From: Podarcis bocagei | Lineage: Eukaryota | NCBI GenBank assembly: GCA_964188305.1 | Contig: OZ076889.1 | Length of the DNA: 64,000 bases | Reading direction: 5' to 3' (one strand) | Part shown: positions 23,996-36,974 of the stretch, piece by piece | Layout of the letters: every line of letters begins with the position of its first letter | Position numbering within the stretch: the first letter of the stretch is position 1 | Notes under the pieces: model-generated | What the model was told of the DNA's origin: nothing | The model's input: only the letters and a program-made list of their open reading frames with translations | Databases searched by the model: none | Translations under genes and position numbers: made by a program

Positions 23996-26900
23996 ATTGA
24001 AGCTTTCTTAACATTATCAGCTCCAAAAATGTGGCAAAAGTCTTAAATACATAAAAGGTGATATATATATGCAAAGAACCAATCGATTTGTGAAAAGGGT
24101 GAAAAAGCTCCCTTCGCCACACCACAGGCTGAACTTTCATTGCAGTAGCAGCCTCCACTGTTGCGCTTTGTAAGAAAAGAAAACAACAGAGGAAAGACAC
24201 ATGCCACTTAACATTACATATAGCTTAGCCTGATTGATAGAATTCCAACACGAATTCATAAGAAAGAATCAAAATGTAAGCTTTCCTGGTTTCCTCAAAG
24301 CTTTAACCAAGTAGAACAAGTAAAGTGATGTAAAGAGATGGGACTTCCCTGCACAGACAATTCCCCATAAACGGTCTTAGAATGCACAGTTCATATATTT
24401 TATAATCAATAACTAGGCATACATGGAAGTCAAATTTATTTAAAATTGTTGAGGTGGTGGCAAGTAACTTTTAATGTTGTAATTAAATACGTACTAAAAG
24501 AGGTTTCTTTTTTCTTTCCTTTTCTCTTTCTTTCTTTTCTACTTCTATAAAGGGTCATCTTGATTATGTTTTGTGTAGAGTGGTCCATAAAGTCCAGATT
24601 CAGAGTCAGTTAAAGTATCCTAAACAGAGCAAACATGCAGGAGCAACATTGCCTAAGATAATCAATCTAAATTATGTTCATATATTTTTCCATGTTTCTC
24701 CTTCACTAATTGCTTCATGTTTTGGAATTTAAATTCTTTTGTATGTTTAGTGGGTCAGTATAAAATGACATGCAACTCTTAGTATTTCAGTTTAGGCTAT
24801 TACATTGGATTTTTCTTTGCAACTAGAAACCATCTGATGATACGTGCATTTTCATATTAAAGTACTGCTCTCCACTGCAATTCAAAACTTTTAAAAAGAC
24901 ACCTCTGAATTGTTCAGTATAAAAACTCTTGACAACCTTGTGAATTTTCATATTTGACAAATGGTTCTTATTCATGCCAGCACTTCAGACTAATGTTCTG
25001 GGACTTGTGGGTGTTAAAGAACAGAACAAATTTCCATATCAACTAATTTGATCCCCCACTAGAGTTTTAAATGGGATTATTTTTGACAGTCCTTATATGG
25101 TAGATTCACCCCCCCCCCCCAAATAAACATGACTATCAAGTACACAGTGGCAATTATAAATTTTGAATTCAATAGATATGAAAGCCTTGCTTCCAAAAAT
25201 AGCAGTTTTGCATGCTTCCTCACAGAGTCTGCACTTTTAGATAATTAGCTTCTGATCTGCAGCACTAGCAAGGTTTGGATAGCTATTTAGGAAACAGAAT
25301 ATATTCATACTACTACTTGTTACTTACTCCACATCCAGTTCACTCCCACTTCTAATTTTTGAAGCTGCATTCACATGACGTTAGTGACAATTCATATCGA
25401 TCCTGTGGTTTCTTGACAAATACTGCTGTTTGGTGCATCCCCCTCCCCAGCCAGCTTCAGACCGATGGGAAAGCAGGATGCTGAGTAAGCAGCAAAGTGA
25501 ACATATCCAAACAGCTGTCTTGTAGGCATAGATAAGCATGCAAGCACAGATGACAGTGTAATAGGAGTTCTAGTGGGATTGCAGGGGCAGGGAAACCAAA
25601 AAGGTTGTGTGTGCCAGGGGAAGACATCCCCACCCTCTCTCTAATGTGAACATCTCAGTGTACATGCACCTTGAAACACAGTGTGGGGAAATTGCCCCTA
25701 TGCTTAAAAAAATATCCTCACTAATGTGAGCATACTCTTAGATAGGAAATAAACTGCGGCAGAATCTGATTGTTTTGGGGGCTTTATGGCAATGAGTTTG
25801 TGCAAACTGTTAAATCTGCTCTGTAACCTGGGGATATATAATGTTTTAGGGTTAGACCTTTTTGACATTTGAATTGTGTGGCTTTTAACTGTGCAAGCAC
25901 TCTAGGACAGTTTAAAGGTTTTATTTCTTCACAAGGTGATCCACTGCCTGTGCAAATATTTAAGATCTATAAAATTGTTTTGTAACGTTACACTGTGCAG
26001 CAAAGACTGAAGTAAATGGGCTAACATACTTCGTAATCTCACAATATAAATTCCATGGTTAGCTAAAATTTTGAGTTAGTTGCAAAAAACAAAAAAAGCT
26101 GAAGGGTAAGAAAGAAAAGGGATGAGGTCCAAATTCTAGAGGCAAATTATAAAACTGATAATGTGAAAAATGGAGCTGGATTTGTAGCAATAATGTACTG
26201 ATGCTGTGTTGTACAGAATCAAAAATATTGCAGCATTTATTTGGGATATTACAACTGCACTGAGCCTGGGTTGGTCCATACTGTTCGTCGTGCTTAAGTC
26301 CTGTTGAAATCAATGTGAATTAAGTCATTACTAAATTTTCATGGTGAGTTCATTGGGACCTAAGTCCTGAATCCAACCTATTATCTCCACCTACACATAT
26401 TTTTGATGCAGGTCCAATATTGTTAGGATTGCATAATGATGATATTGAGAACTTGGGGATAGCCCCCAAAGTAGTCTGCTGTTCTGGTGTATCTTTCCAT
26501 CCCTTTCCTCTGTAACTCGCTCACATAGGTATCTAGAATATGACTACAGTAGGCCATTGAATCTGCAACTGAGGCTGCTGTTGCCTCATTCCTAACAGAG
26601 ACTTTGCCTTCCCACCAGAGTGAAGACATGATATATCTATTGAGTATAAAGGACATTTATTAATTAAATGATCTTCAACAAGCAAGCAAACATGAATGTA
26701 GACACAGTATGATTTGAAGCCATAGGAAAGCAAAGCCGAAGAAATCCGTAAATGCTTTTACCCTCAGGTGCCTCAAAATCCTTAACATGACTTTTGCCAA
26801 GGATCAGACATTTTGCCCAGACGCCAGTCTACATGACCGAAACATTCTATTAGTAGTATTAGCCAAACAACCAAATGCAAATCTGTTGAATCATCGGTCA

Positions 26901-27561
26901 AATTGATTGTTTGAATCAGTCAAAACCAATTTCCCAGTATGAAGTATGTGAAAAAACACAACACATCCCCCCCCCTTTCAGCCAATAAAGCTATCAGCTA
27001 CTCCCATACTGGTATCAAATAGCAGGACTAGCTGGTGCCCCTGTGCTAGGAGAAGCAGAAAGTGCAGAGACTTAGGCTGCTATATACAGGCCAGCTCCTG
27101 CCTTTTGTTGATGGGCAGTGTATGGTGCCCTATGTGTCAGAATGCACAAACATACTCCTAAATTGTATGTCTCTGCCCCAGATGCAAGACGCAGTGTGGC
27201 AAAACCAGCCTCGCTATAGCAGTATGAATCAGCATTTTCCCAAGGGTAAGACCATTCATAAAACCAGGCCACATCTAGCAGCAGTTCCTACTTACTTTAA
27301 TGTTCAGTTTTTTCTCAGATGAACTTAAAAGAAGCAATATAATAGTCCTATTGAGAAAAAGAAGCAACATAATAGTCGTGTTGATAGTTTTTCTCTTTTT
27401 GAAACTCGGGGCTTTAATCCTATAATAAATAAATCCCCTCACCTAAACTTCTGGGGCTTAACTGCTAGTGCTATGTTACTTCTTGGTATGAAAACATCAG
27501 TAAAGACGATAATAGTGCAGAGAGAGAGAGAAAATATATATCAGAAGTATCTGTAGAATAG

Positions 27562-27911
27562 GTAAAGGTAAAGGGACCTCTGACCATTAGGTCCAGTCGT
27601 GGACGACTCTGGGATTGTGGCGCTCATCTCGCTTTATTGGCCGAGGGAGCCGGTGTACAGGTTCTGGGTCATGTGGCCAGCATGACGAAGCCGCTTCTGG
27701 CGAACCAGAGCAGTGCATGGAAACGCCGTTTACCTTCCCGCCGGAGCGGTACCTATTTATCTACTTGCACTTTGTGCTTTTGAACTGCTAGGTTGGCAGG
27801 AGCAGGGACCGAGCAACGGGCGCTCACCCCGTTGCGGGGATTCAAACCACTGACCTTCTGATCAGCAAGCCCTAGGCTCTGTGGTTTAACACACAGTGCC
27901 ACCCGTGTCCC
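27562..27911 (-). mobile_element. Sauria SINE (Squam1)
   Basis: Reverse complement of the 10789 and 51972 elements, (GGTAAA)n tail on +, probable TSD GAATAG. Confidence 0.92.
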
Positions 27912-27937
27912 TGAATAGCAGTAGGTAAACTAGTTCT

Positions 27938-28145
27938 GGGATTGTGTCCATTGCACAGCTAGTGCAGTAGGAGCCCTTCCTGCCTCCCCTCTCTCCCTGT
28001 ACTCCCCTAAATCTGCTCCAGAGGATCCCCCAACTGTCTGGAGCAGATTTTTTAATGTGTGGAGGTTGCAGGGGGGGGGGGCGAAGTTCTGTTGTGCAAG
28101 CAGAAGTCTGTTGACTGAATGGAATAGCAGCAATGGATACAACCC
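27938..28145. mobile_element. Non-autonomous DNA transposon
   Basis: Imperfect TIRs GGGATTGTGTCCATTG / CAATGGATACAACCC. Internal inverted pair AAATCTGCTCCAGA..TCTGGAGCAGATTT. Confidence 0.6.
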
Positions 28146-28752
28146 AAAATTTGTAAATATTCTCTGTTTTAGAATAAACTATTCAGATTTCATGAGTTAC
28201 TATATTGCATAGAAGTATAAATATAAACTAGTTAAAAATGTTGTAAAATCTTGTGCATACTGTAATAAGCAAACTGATAGCATGTATCAATTGGAAGTGC
28301 TATTTTTATTAGGCTTAAATTTAGTGTCAAAGGGACTTTCATATTTAGCTTTTTCCATGATATTTTAAGATATTTGAGCTTTTAGAGTATTCCTGCTAAC
28401 ATACTAATAAACTAATTTAAAGTAGACTTTTTTAAAAAATTGTGTTTTTTAAATATCCTTTACATCTCTATTAACATAATTTTAAAGCACAAACAGACAC
28501 ACACCCCTCTTTGCTTAGTCAGCTTTCATGTCCCTTTTTAAAAATTCCTTATGTCCCTACTTACTGAAAATAGGAGACCGATTTCCTTGCCTCACAGTAA
28601 TTTACTACAGGCCAAGACACTAAGAACAGGGACATTATTTTATTAATTAGATTCCTCTCTTTTTCCTTAAAGGAGGCAATATACCTGTTTTTTCAAAACA
28701 GTTGTGATTTTTATCTTGCCAACTATAAATTTTATCCTTTGTTTTGTTTTAG

Positions 28753-28832
28753 TTATTTAGTTTATGAAAAATCTTAATCAACTACTGTTCTTAAAAATCT
28801 TGGAATTGATTGGATTACTAAACACTTGCCAG
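28753..28832 (+). other. Candidate internal 5' UTR exon (80 nt)
   Basis: Long polypyrimidine acceptor TTTTATCCTTTGTTTTGTTTTAG (alternative AG at 28759-60) and donor CAG|GTAGGA, in non-repeat sequence. Confidence 0.5.
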
Positions 28833-30403
28833 GTAGGACAGCTCGCAGCTAAGTTTAGGTAGAAATCTGATGGAATATTTCTTTTCTAAAATAGTGTATT
28901 AGGAAGACGATACCTGTTGTGACTAGGGTCATAGTACATGTAATTACAAGTGATATTTGTTCCGGGTGAAGTGGTTGTCTGTCACAGCTGCTGAAGCAAG
29001 TAAAGTAGGTCTATATTATCAATTATTAATAATTTAGTGCTCATCAGAGTTTGTTTATGCATCCAGGAATTTAATTACTGGAGAGGCATTTGTGCTTGTT
29101 TGGAACTTGTATATTGGGCTGCATAGGAAGATGTAAGCTTCAGTCAAGTGGAGAAAAGGGTGCACCGTACTTCTTAAGTACAAAGTACAAAGAAATGTGC
29201 TGTTTTAGAGAATAGGCCATATGATTGCCCTAGAGAAATTGGTATAAGCTACCTGCTAGCTTATGTCCTTATCCTTTGGACTTCTTACTGTTTTATGTTG
29301 ATGCTGCTGGCAAATTCCTGGAGCTTGTGTCAACTTTTTTGGAAACTGTTGCATAGTAATTTACTTATTAAACTTTCTTCCCCTTTCACTTGATGATTTC
29401 CATTTTCTTTATGAATTTCATGCACATCGTATATACATGATTTGGCATATGGGAAGGAGGAGAGCCTCGGAGTTCTCGTAAATAGACAGACAGTGCTGCA
29501 TTTATTAACCAACATTGTGCCATTTCAGGGGCTTTCAAAGGGGGTCCTAATATATATTATTTTAAAACTGTAAAAGTCCTGCAGTGTATTAAAATTCAGA
29601 CTTAAATCCAGTTGTAAAACTTAGTGTTTCAGCATATCTAACCTTGTGCGGAAGATACAGCAGCAGTAAATTGATGTAGGTAGTTTTCAGGACTGTTCCA
29701 GATTAACATCTAACCCACAAGGCTGAACATCAAAACACAAATTTATTTCCAAGTGGAACAAATGAGAGTAATACTCTTCACATCTTCTCAAGAGTCTACT
29801 TATACAACACAGGCAGCTGTTGCAGGTCAGAGAAAGCAAAAATAAATATTCTGTTCAGATGATGGTTTCAATGGGATTTTTACAACTGAAAGAAACTAGG
29901 TCAATACAAAGGGAATAGTCAGAAGTTCAGATTTGCATATCATTCAAAGTGTCTTTTTATTTGAATGTTTTATCAACAATGTTTTATCTCTCAACTAGCT
30001 ATCAAAACTATGAGTACAATCCGAACAAAATTAAAAATTTAAGTGCTACAGAATTTCAGTGCAAGGCTTAAGCTTAATGTTCCTACCTTAAAAGGCTGCT
30101 ATGGGCTATTTCACATTACATTAAATTCAGTTGGTCAACCTTCAATATGATCATTTCACTTATGAATCATAGAGATAGTAGAAAGAGAAACAAGGGAGAA
30201 AATTACACAGAGGTTTATTGCACTTTCAGCCTAGGATCAGGTCAGTACTAGGACAAGTCATCTCCTAACACCTATAGCTTCCTCATATGTATGCTAATCC
30301 TTGAAAGCCACTGCAGTTTAACCCAGTTCCTTAACATGCTTGCAATACTAGCCTTTCGTGACTTCTTGAGAATTGGATCTGACAATGTTGCTTGTGTGTG
30401 TGA

Positions 30404-31175
30404 GGGAGGAGGGAGTGCCACTAGTTGATGACATGTCATGCTCCTTCTGGGGTAGTTTGTCTACCTTTGGTCTCCACCCTGCACTCAGCTCTCACTTGTA
30501 GCTCCTAGAAGCTGTCAGCATGCGACAGCACCCACATCCCAGGAAATGGCTTTGACTGGTCAGCTAAACCAGATGAGGGTAGCCGATAGGTCTTAAATCC
30601 TCAGTGAATTAGGCACTTCCCATGCATGTGAAGACGGGCTCTGGTAGATTGAGACTCATGTTACACCTGCCTCTCTCGTCTCCCGTGATTTTTCATTTCT
30701 ACAGAGACTAAAAGTGGGTCCAGTGGTCAATAAGACTGTTTCTGCACATGCTGTAGAGGGAAGTGAGGGGTAGATGGGGCTCAACCTGGGAAGGTAGCTC
30801 ATCTAGGAGAAGGATAATGCTGAATCTAAACCTCCACTGCCTTGTGAGATATCCACTGCCTTGCAGTATATCTTCAGGAGAAGAAAAGGCTAAGGAGTAA
30901 ACCCTACGCAAACCTGCAGTGAAGTCCCTAAAATGGTTGGATGGTGCCTTGTTTGCCTCCTCCTGGCAAGTCCTGCAGCCACGTTGGTGCCAAACATATT
31001 GTTCTGCTTTTCTTCGGACCATATGCACGAGGCTGAAATGAGTCTTGTCATCTGGGTCTTGTCCGGGACCTCCATACACAAACTTGTGCCCCAGGGAGGT
31101 CACTTTGCTGCTACTAACACAGCAGTTTGACTTCACCCACAGAGGCGGCCTTCATTGTCTTTTGAGATGCCAACG
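30404..31175 (+). mobile_element. RTE-clade LINE derivative: 5' UTR-like region joined to RTE 3' end, no ORF
   Basis: The 5' part recurs at 62950-63405. The end (31114-31175) aligns to the 3' UTR of the RTE ORF remnant (44161-44225). Confidence 0.6.
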
Positions 31176-32140
31176 AAACAGAGCAGAACACAGAATTCTG
31201 AAAATTAAGTTTGGCAGCTCTAATGTGTGGGAACAGACAGATGAAATGTGGAAATATCTGTGGTTTAGGGAAATGTTTATCTTTACATTTTTCTTTAATG
31301 CATGACTTGACGGGTTCCTTTTGTTTCATTTGGAACAGTGCAAGGTAAAGGTTATTGTTGGGGAGGGGACAGCAAAACTGAGAGTCAGACCTGTTGGGAA
31401 TGCTTCCTTGCTTTCTGTTTGCTATGTTTTAAGATAGGCCAAGGACTGCCTAAAAAAGAGACGGTTTGTTTTACTGCTTAAATAAACAGTCCTTCAAATG
31501 AACATACAATCCGAAGCATGCTTACTCAGAAGTATGTACAAACACTTGGGAGGGTTTACTTCAACTCCCATCTTCCCTAACTATTGGCCCTGCTGGCTGG
31601 GGCTAGAGGGGCACAGATTTTCCTTCTCTGACTTACATGTACTTGTGTATAGAATTGCAGCATTGCCATACTTGCACGGGTAAAAGAAAACAAGGGAAAA
31701 GAGAACTGAAAGAGGCAAGAAAGAAATTTCTATTTTTTTCAATCATAGAAACCTTCATTGTTTAGTTCCAACATGAATGTAACTCTCTACTGTGAATTAT
31801 CTGTCATTTAATATCTGCTTTATAAATCTGGATGGAATAGAGTTAACTTGTTTTACTTCTGCTAGGAAGGATTGAAAATCTTTTTAATTGGATTTCTTAC
31901 ATGCTTTAAGTGATGACATCCATGCTTTTATCCACAAAATAAGGGACTGTATTTTATGGCCTCATTCTCTCACTTTGATCAGAACACAGTCCCAAACTAA
32001 TTAAGTACAGATAATAAAATACTCCCAGAATGTGCACCCTGGCTTAGTGCCACTAAAAGAACTTGCACTCATTTCTGTGGTTCAGTTTTCCAGGGCACTG
32101 TCTGATGTTAGTGCATTGGTATGTTTGTTTTTGTCTACAG

Positions 32141-32194
32141 GTTCACAACTTATTTCTACTCGATATTAGGAGCAAAAAATGATGGAATCTCTGG
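32141..32194 (+). other. Candidate exon (54 nt) with putative start of host CDS (ATG ATG GAA TCT CTG G = MMESL, phase 1)
   Basis: Acceptor TTTGTTTTTGTCTACAG and strong donor TGG|GTAAGA. ATG at 32179 (A at -3) and ATG at 32182 (A at -3, G at +4). No downstream coding exon identified in the window. Confidence 0.6.
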
Positions 32195-34968
32195 GTAAGA
32201 ACAAGATGGTTTTCAACTATTTACATATATTGGTTTTGCAAGCAACATTGATATGTTTCTGTAGCACTTACCTAATTGTTAAGTAATATGGTGATAAGGA
32301 TAACATTAGCACACCTTTTAGATTATTCATATTGTGTCTCATTCCAGGCAATTCCCCTACTTGTTCTAAATTCTTCAAACTGAAATAATATCTGCAACTC
32401 TGTTTCTCTTATCTGTGCAGCTATGCATTTGAACAAATATGTTCCTCACTCTCTGTGTTCAGATTATGTATAGTGAAGATGATGATACCAATATAGTTCT
32501 CTTTTTGTATCATGATTCACATGACTACTGAAGTCTTGAACTGGTATTTGTTCCCTAAAACTAGTTGTAGCAGCAGAGCATATGCATTTTAATCCTTTGA
32601 TTTCACGTGCTTCTGGATTTAAGGGCTGCTTAACCCGATAAGGATTAAGAGCACGCACAACCATGTGTAAATGGGAAATGGTCCCTGTTTGTCACTTCAT
32701 GATTGTCTACAGGAACTACATTGTGGCTCTGTTAAGAGCTGCTTCTAATTTGAGGGACAATGTTGAGTCTGTGCATATGACAGTTACTGTGCCTAACAAT
32801 CAGCATGCATCATCGTACATTCACCATTTTCTAGTGCAGTGTTCATTTTTGCATTGTTCCCATGCGTGAGCAAGACTCAGAGCACAGTCCCTCATATGAA
32901 GACTCTTATTGGCTTCAATAGTAGTAGTTGTTGTTTGCCAAGCTCCTATGCATATCAAGGGACGAAAGCATAATATCTGTGGCAGAGGGCCACATTCCAA
33001 GAAAGCAGGCAAAGTTGCTATCACAGGGGGTGCTTCTATACTATGTGTTCACTTTGGAATTGCCATGCTTTGTTACTCATTCTTTTAAAAGAACGTCTCC
33101 ATGACATCATCACCAAACTGTTATTTACTGTTTCCACTGTGATTCTTCTATTTTGTTTAAGATCACAGCAAATCCAGCCGCATGCTACTATTCAGTTCTT
33201 TCCCCCCAACTCCAAGGTGCATTTTGCCTTAGTACCCCTTTTCTGTTGTCTTAAGAAGCATGGCTTTCACTTGTGCACTCATATATGGATGGGTGAACTA
33301 TACGTCTACTTAAGCACATCTTCACATTATTGTTCCCATGCCATTTTATTAGCATGTTTTAAAATCAATCTAAATTTGTAGTAAATTTTAATTTCTACTA
33401 AACTCCCTTTAAAAGAACAACAAACAGTATTTTTACTTTTTGTAAGAAAAATGATTAAAACCCGCTTCACGTGATGCCTTTCTGGCCAGCACTGTTATAG
33501 TGACCTATACTATTTATTTATTTATTTTTTTTGGGGGGTAGGGAAGCAATCTTCAAATCACAGTAATAGTAAAATAACTGTTGCCTACTTTTTTTTAAAA
33601 AAAGAAGGTAACTCTGCAATTGCACCTTAGTAAAACTGTATTTTACTGCAATTTATAGAACTTATAAACTGATTTTTAAAATGGCGTCCTCAGAATTATT
33701 AAAATTGTCTTTCACACTAACCTTTACTCAAACTTGTCCATGTGATGATCAGGTAGCAGCCGTCCCTCTACTTGTTGTGTTGAAAAAGAAAACCATAGGA
33801 TGTCTGAAATTTGATATGTTTGACATAGGATTGCTGAACACATACAGGATGTATTATTCATCCTTGCAGCAGTTTCATAGTTTCCTGAAGCCATATTTTG
33901 GCATAAGCAGCATAGATGGTTCTAGTGCCATCATTTTGTAAATTCCAAGGCCATCCATTTTAAGCAGTTCTTTAACCAAATTTGGTTTCTCAGATTTTTT
34001 TTGTTTAGTTATTTATATAAGGTTTTTATATACTCCTTTTTAGGCAAATCCACAAAATGGTTTACTTCTTTTAAAATAAAAAAACCCACAACCAGCAAGT
34101 ACATAATAAAACAGCCAAGACAACTTAAAAAGAAAAAGAACCTTTTTTGAAAGCCAAATCTTACCTCCCCCTAAGGTCAAGATGATCCTTGAATGGCCCT
34201 GTGGTGGCAGTTACAGGGGGACAGCTCAGCTAAATTACCAGAATCTAGAATCTATTTTCTTCCCCAAGGGAGAGATGTTTCTTGAGTAACCCTGTGATGG
34301 CCAATGGAGAAGGATATAGAGATAAAACAAATTCAGCAGTCCTATTCTGTGCAGCAGTTCTGATCACACTCTTTGCTGCAGATGTCTTTTCTTATTTGAA
34401 AGGAATACAGGCAGCCAGCATGAGCAGTTCAAACAAAGCATATATTGTAGATTGAGCTAGCTCTGAAATTCATGCTTTTAAAACTCTTCATGCTTGCTGT
34501 ATAGTCACTAAGATTTTCAGATATCTTGCTAAGATGGATAGATGAGTGAAGTTGCTGTTATTCCCAGATTGCAGCTCATAAAATTTGTATGAGGGAGATC
34601 GTAACTCTGTCGCTTATAAAAACTGCACACCCAGCAAAAGCATCGTCAAGATCTGTTTGTATCAGTACAGATGGAAAAAACTTGCAAGTGTCTCCAGTTA
34701 TGTGATACCCATGGTTTAAGTTGCCTCACAGTAATTTTCAGGATGCATTCTAAAATAGCCAGGGAATTCAAAGTGTTTGATTAACATAAACTTTGAAGGC
34801 TTGCTTTTCTATTTTCTCTAGGTATAAAACTGCATCTTATCCTATGCCTAATTCCTTAGAAATAAATCCAGTGGTTTAGTGGGGTTTACTTTCATACAAC
34901 AGCATTAAGGGTTGCAGTATTAATTTGCCTGCCACCATTGCACTATATTGCACTTGACTTCACAAGTA

Positions 34969-35302
34969 CAGTGGTGCCCCACAAGACGAATGCCTCGCAA
35001 GACGGAAAACTCGCTAGACGAAAGAGTTTTCCGTTTTGGAGGTGCTTCGCAAAACAAATTTCCTATGGGCTTGCTTCGCAAGACGACAATGTCTTGCGAG
35101 TTCCTGCTGGTTTTTTTTCCTTTCCCCCCCTTTTTCTAAGCCGCTAAGCCGCTAAGCCGCTTATCAGCTGATCCAATCAGCAGATAAGCCGCTAATAGCG
35201 CTAATCTGCTAATCCGTCAATGGGCTTGCTTCGCAAGACGAAAAAACCGCTAGACGAAGAGAATCACAGAATGGATTCTTTTCGTCTTGCGAGGCACGAC
35301 TG
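34969..35302. mobile_element. Tc1/mariner-type MITE (same family as 42585)
   Basis: TIRs CAGTGGTGCCCCACAAGACGAA / TTCGTCTTGCGAGGCACGACTG, TA TSD, internal (TAAGCCGC)3. Confidence 0.9.
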
Positions 35303-36465
35303 TAACTAGAGGTGTGGCTATTTGCAGTTGTTTTAGCAGTGACCCATTATGCTAAAGGAACAGCCAATACGACATTTGCTTTATCACAGCCTGAGAAAAT
35401 CAGCAGGAGCAAGTGAATTATGGATAGTGGTGTTGTACAGCCAAAATATAGTCCATTTCAACATCCTTTTATAGCAAAGTATGTATAATAACTTTCTTGT
35501 GGCAGCACTTACCCTTTTGGAACTTCAGACAAATGCCTTATCTATTGCCTTTTTGGTCCTTTTGGTCTATTGGTCCTTTTTTGTACCTTCATTTTTCAGC
35601 AAGCCTTGTCTTTGTCTATATCTGTATTGGATCAGAAGTTGTTTTTATTGTTTAATCACCCTGGGATCTTTCATGGGAAGCAATTCATAAATGTAATGAA
35701 ATAATGAAATAAAAATAAAACAAATAAATGAACAGACTTTGTTGGATTCCACCCCTACATCTCTGTCAAATATGGGTAACATTCTAGTGATGGTAATCTG
35801 TCTTCCAGTTCAGTGACAGGCCAGGTGCTAGCCATGGTTTGTACTGCTCAAATTTCCATCTTCAGTTTGGAATAAAGCCTATAAATGTGCTGGCATACAG
35901 ACCCCATGATGTTTACAGAGGAGATGATAAAGTGGAACAATGATTAAATGCAAGAGTTGATCAGCAAGATGATGAGTTTGTGTGTGTGTCAGTGTCAGTG
36001 TCTGAGAGAGAGAGAGATATTGTGGTGTTACTCTCCCATTTTCCCAAGTGCCTGGTAGAATATAGTACTGTTATTTTAAAATTTTATTTAGCACTTTAGA
36101 TTAACTTTTAGGAACAGAAGGCAGTGAATAAAGCCCTGGAACAAGAACCGTATGTCAACAAATTAAGCGTGATGTTCTCAAGCTGCTACTCATAAGAAAC
36201 TCAGTGTTAATGTGCTTAAATTTTAAACCAGAATCAGTTTTTTTGTTTGATTAAACATGAACTATCATTTGAGAGAACCTTGTTAAGAGACAAATTCATA
36301 ACTATTTCAATGTATCTTAAACATACTTTTATAATTTTGAAGAAGCTGGCCCAATACATTTTGCTGCTTCAGGCAAAGAACAGGGCCACCCCTCCCAGTT
36401 CCACCTAGAGCAGTTGACCAAATTGGCAGTTAAATCTTATTTCAACACTGGCAATGGGACAGCAT

Positions 36466-36974
36466 AGAATCATAGAATCATAGAATCATAGAATCATAGA
36501 GTTGGAAGAGACCACAAGGGCCATCGAGTCCAACCCCCTGCCAAGCAGGAAACACCATCAGAGCACTCCTGACATATGGTTGTCAAGCCTCTGCTTAAAG
36601 ACCTCCAAAGTAGGAGACTCCACCACACTCCTTGGCAGCAAATTCCACTGTCGAACAGCTCTTACTGTCAGGAAGTTCTTCCTAATGTTTAGGTGGAATC
36701 TTCTTTCTTGTAGTTTGGATCCATTGCTCCGTGTCCGCTTCTCTGGAGCAGCAGAAAACAACCTTTCTCCCTCCTCTATGTGACATCCTTTTATATATTT
36801 GAACATGGCTATCATATCACCCCTTAACCTCCTCTTCTCCAGGCTAAACATGCCCAGCTCCCTTAGCCGTTCCTCATAAGGCATCGTTTCCAGGCCTTTG
36901 ACCATTTTGGTTGCCCTCCTCTGGACACGTTCCAGTTTGTCAGTGTCCTTCTTGAATTGTGGTGCCCAGAACTG
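36466..36974 (-). mobile_element. Young 5'-truncated CR1
   Basis: Open ORF2 C-terminus [23 protein letters not shown]...[13 protein letters not shown]...WNLLP, tandem TTCTATGA tail, short TSD GCAT. Near-identical to 49351-49835. Confidence 0.92.

Noticed and set aside
13100-32194. Assigning a gene symbol to the host gene
   Set aside because: Only five putative codons are visible and I do not recognise the UTR. It needs BLASTN against amniote transcripts.
36463-36500. Regular short repeats (CATAGAAT)n as a CRISPR-like or satellite array
   Set aside because: No spacers; this is the standard CR1 3' octamer tail in a vertebrate genome.
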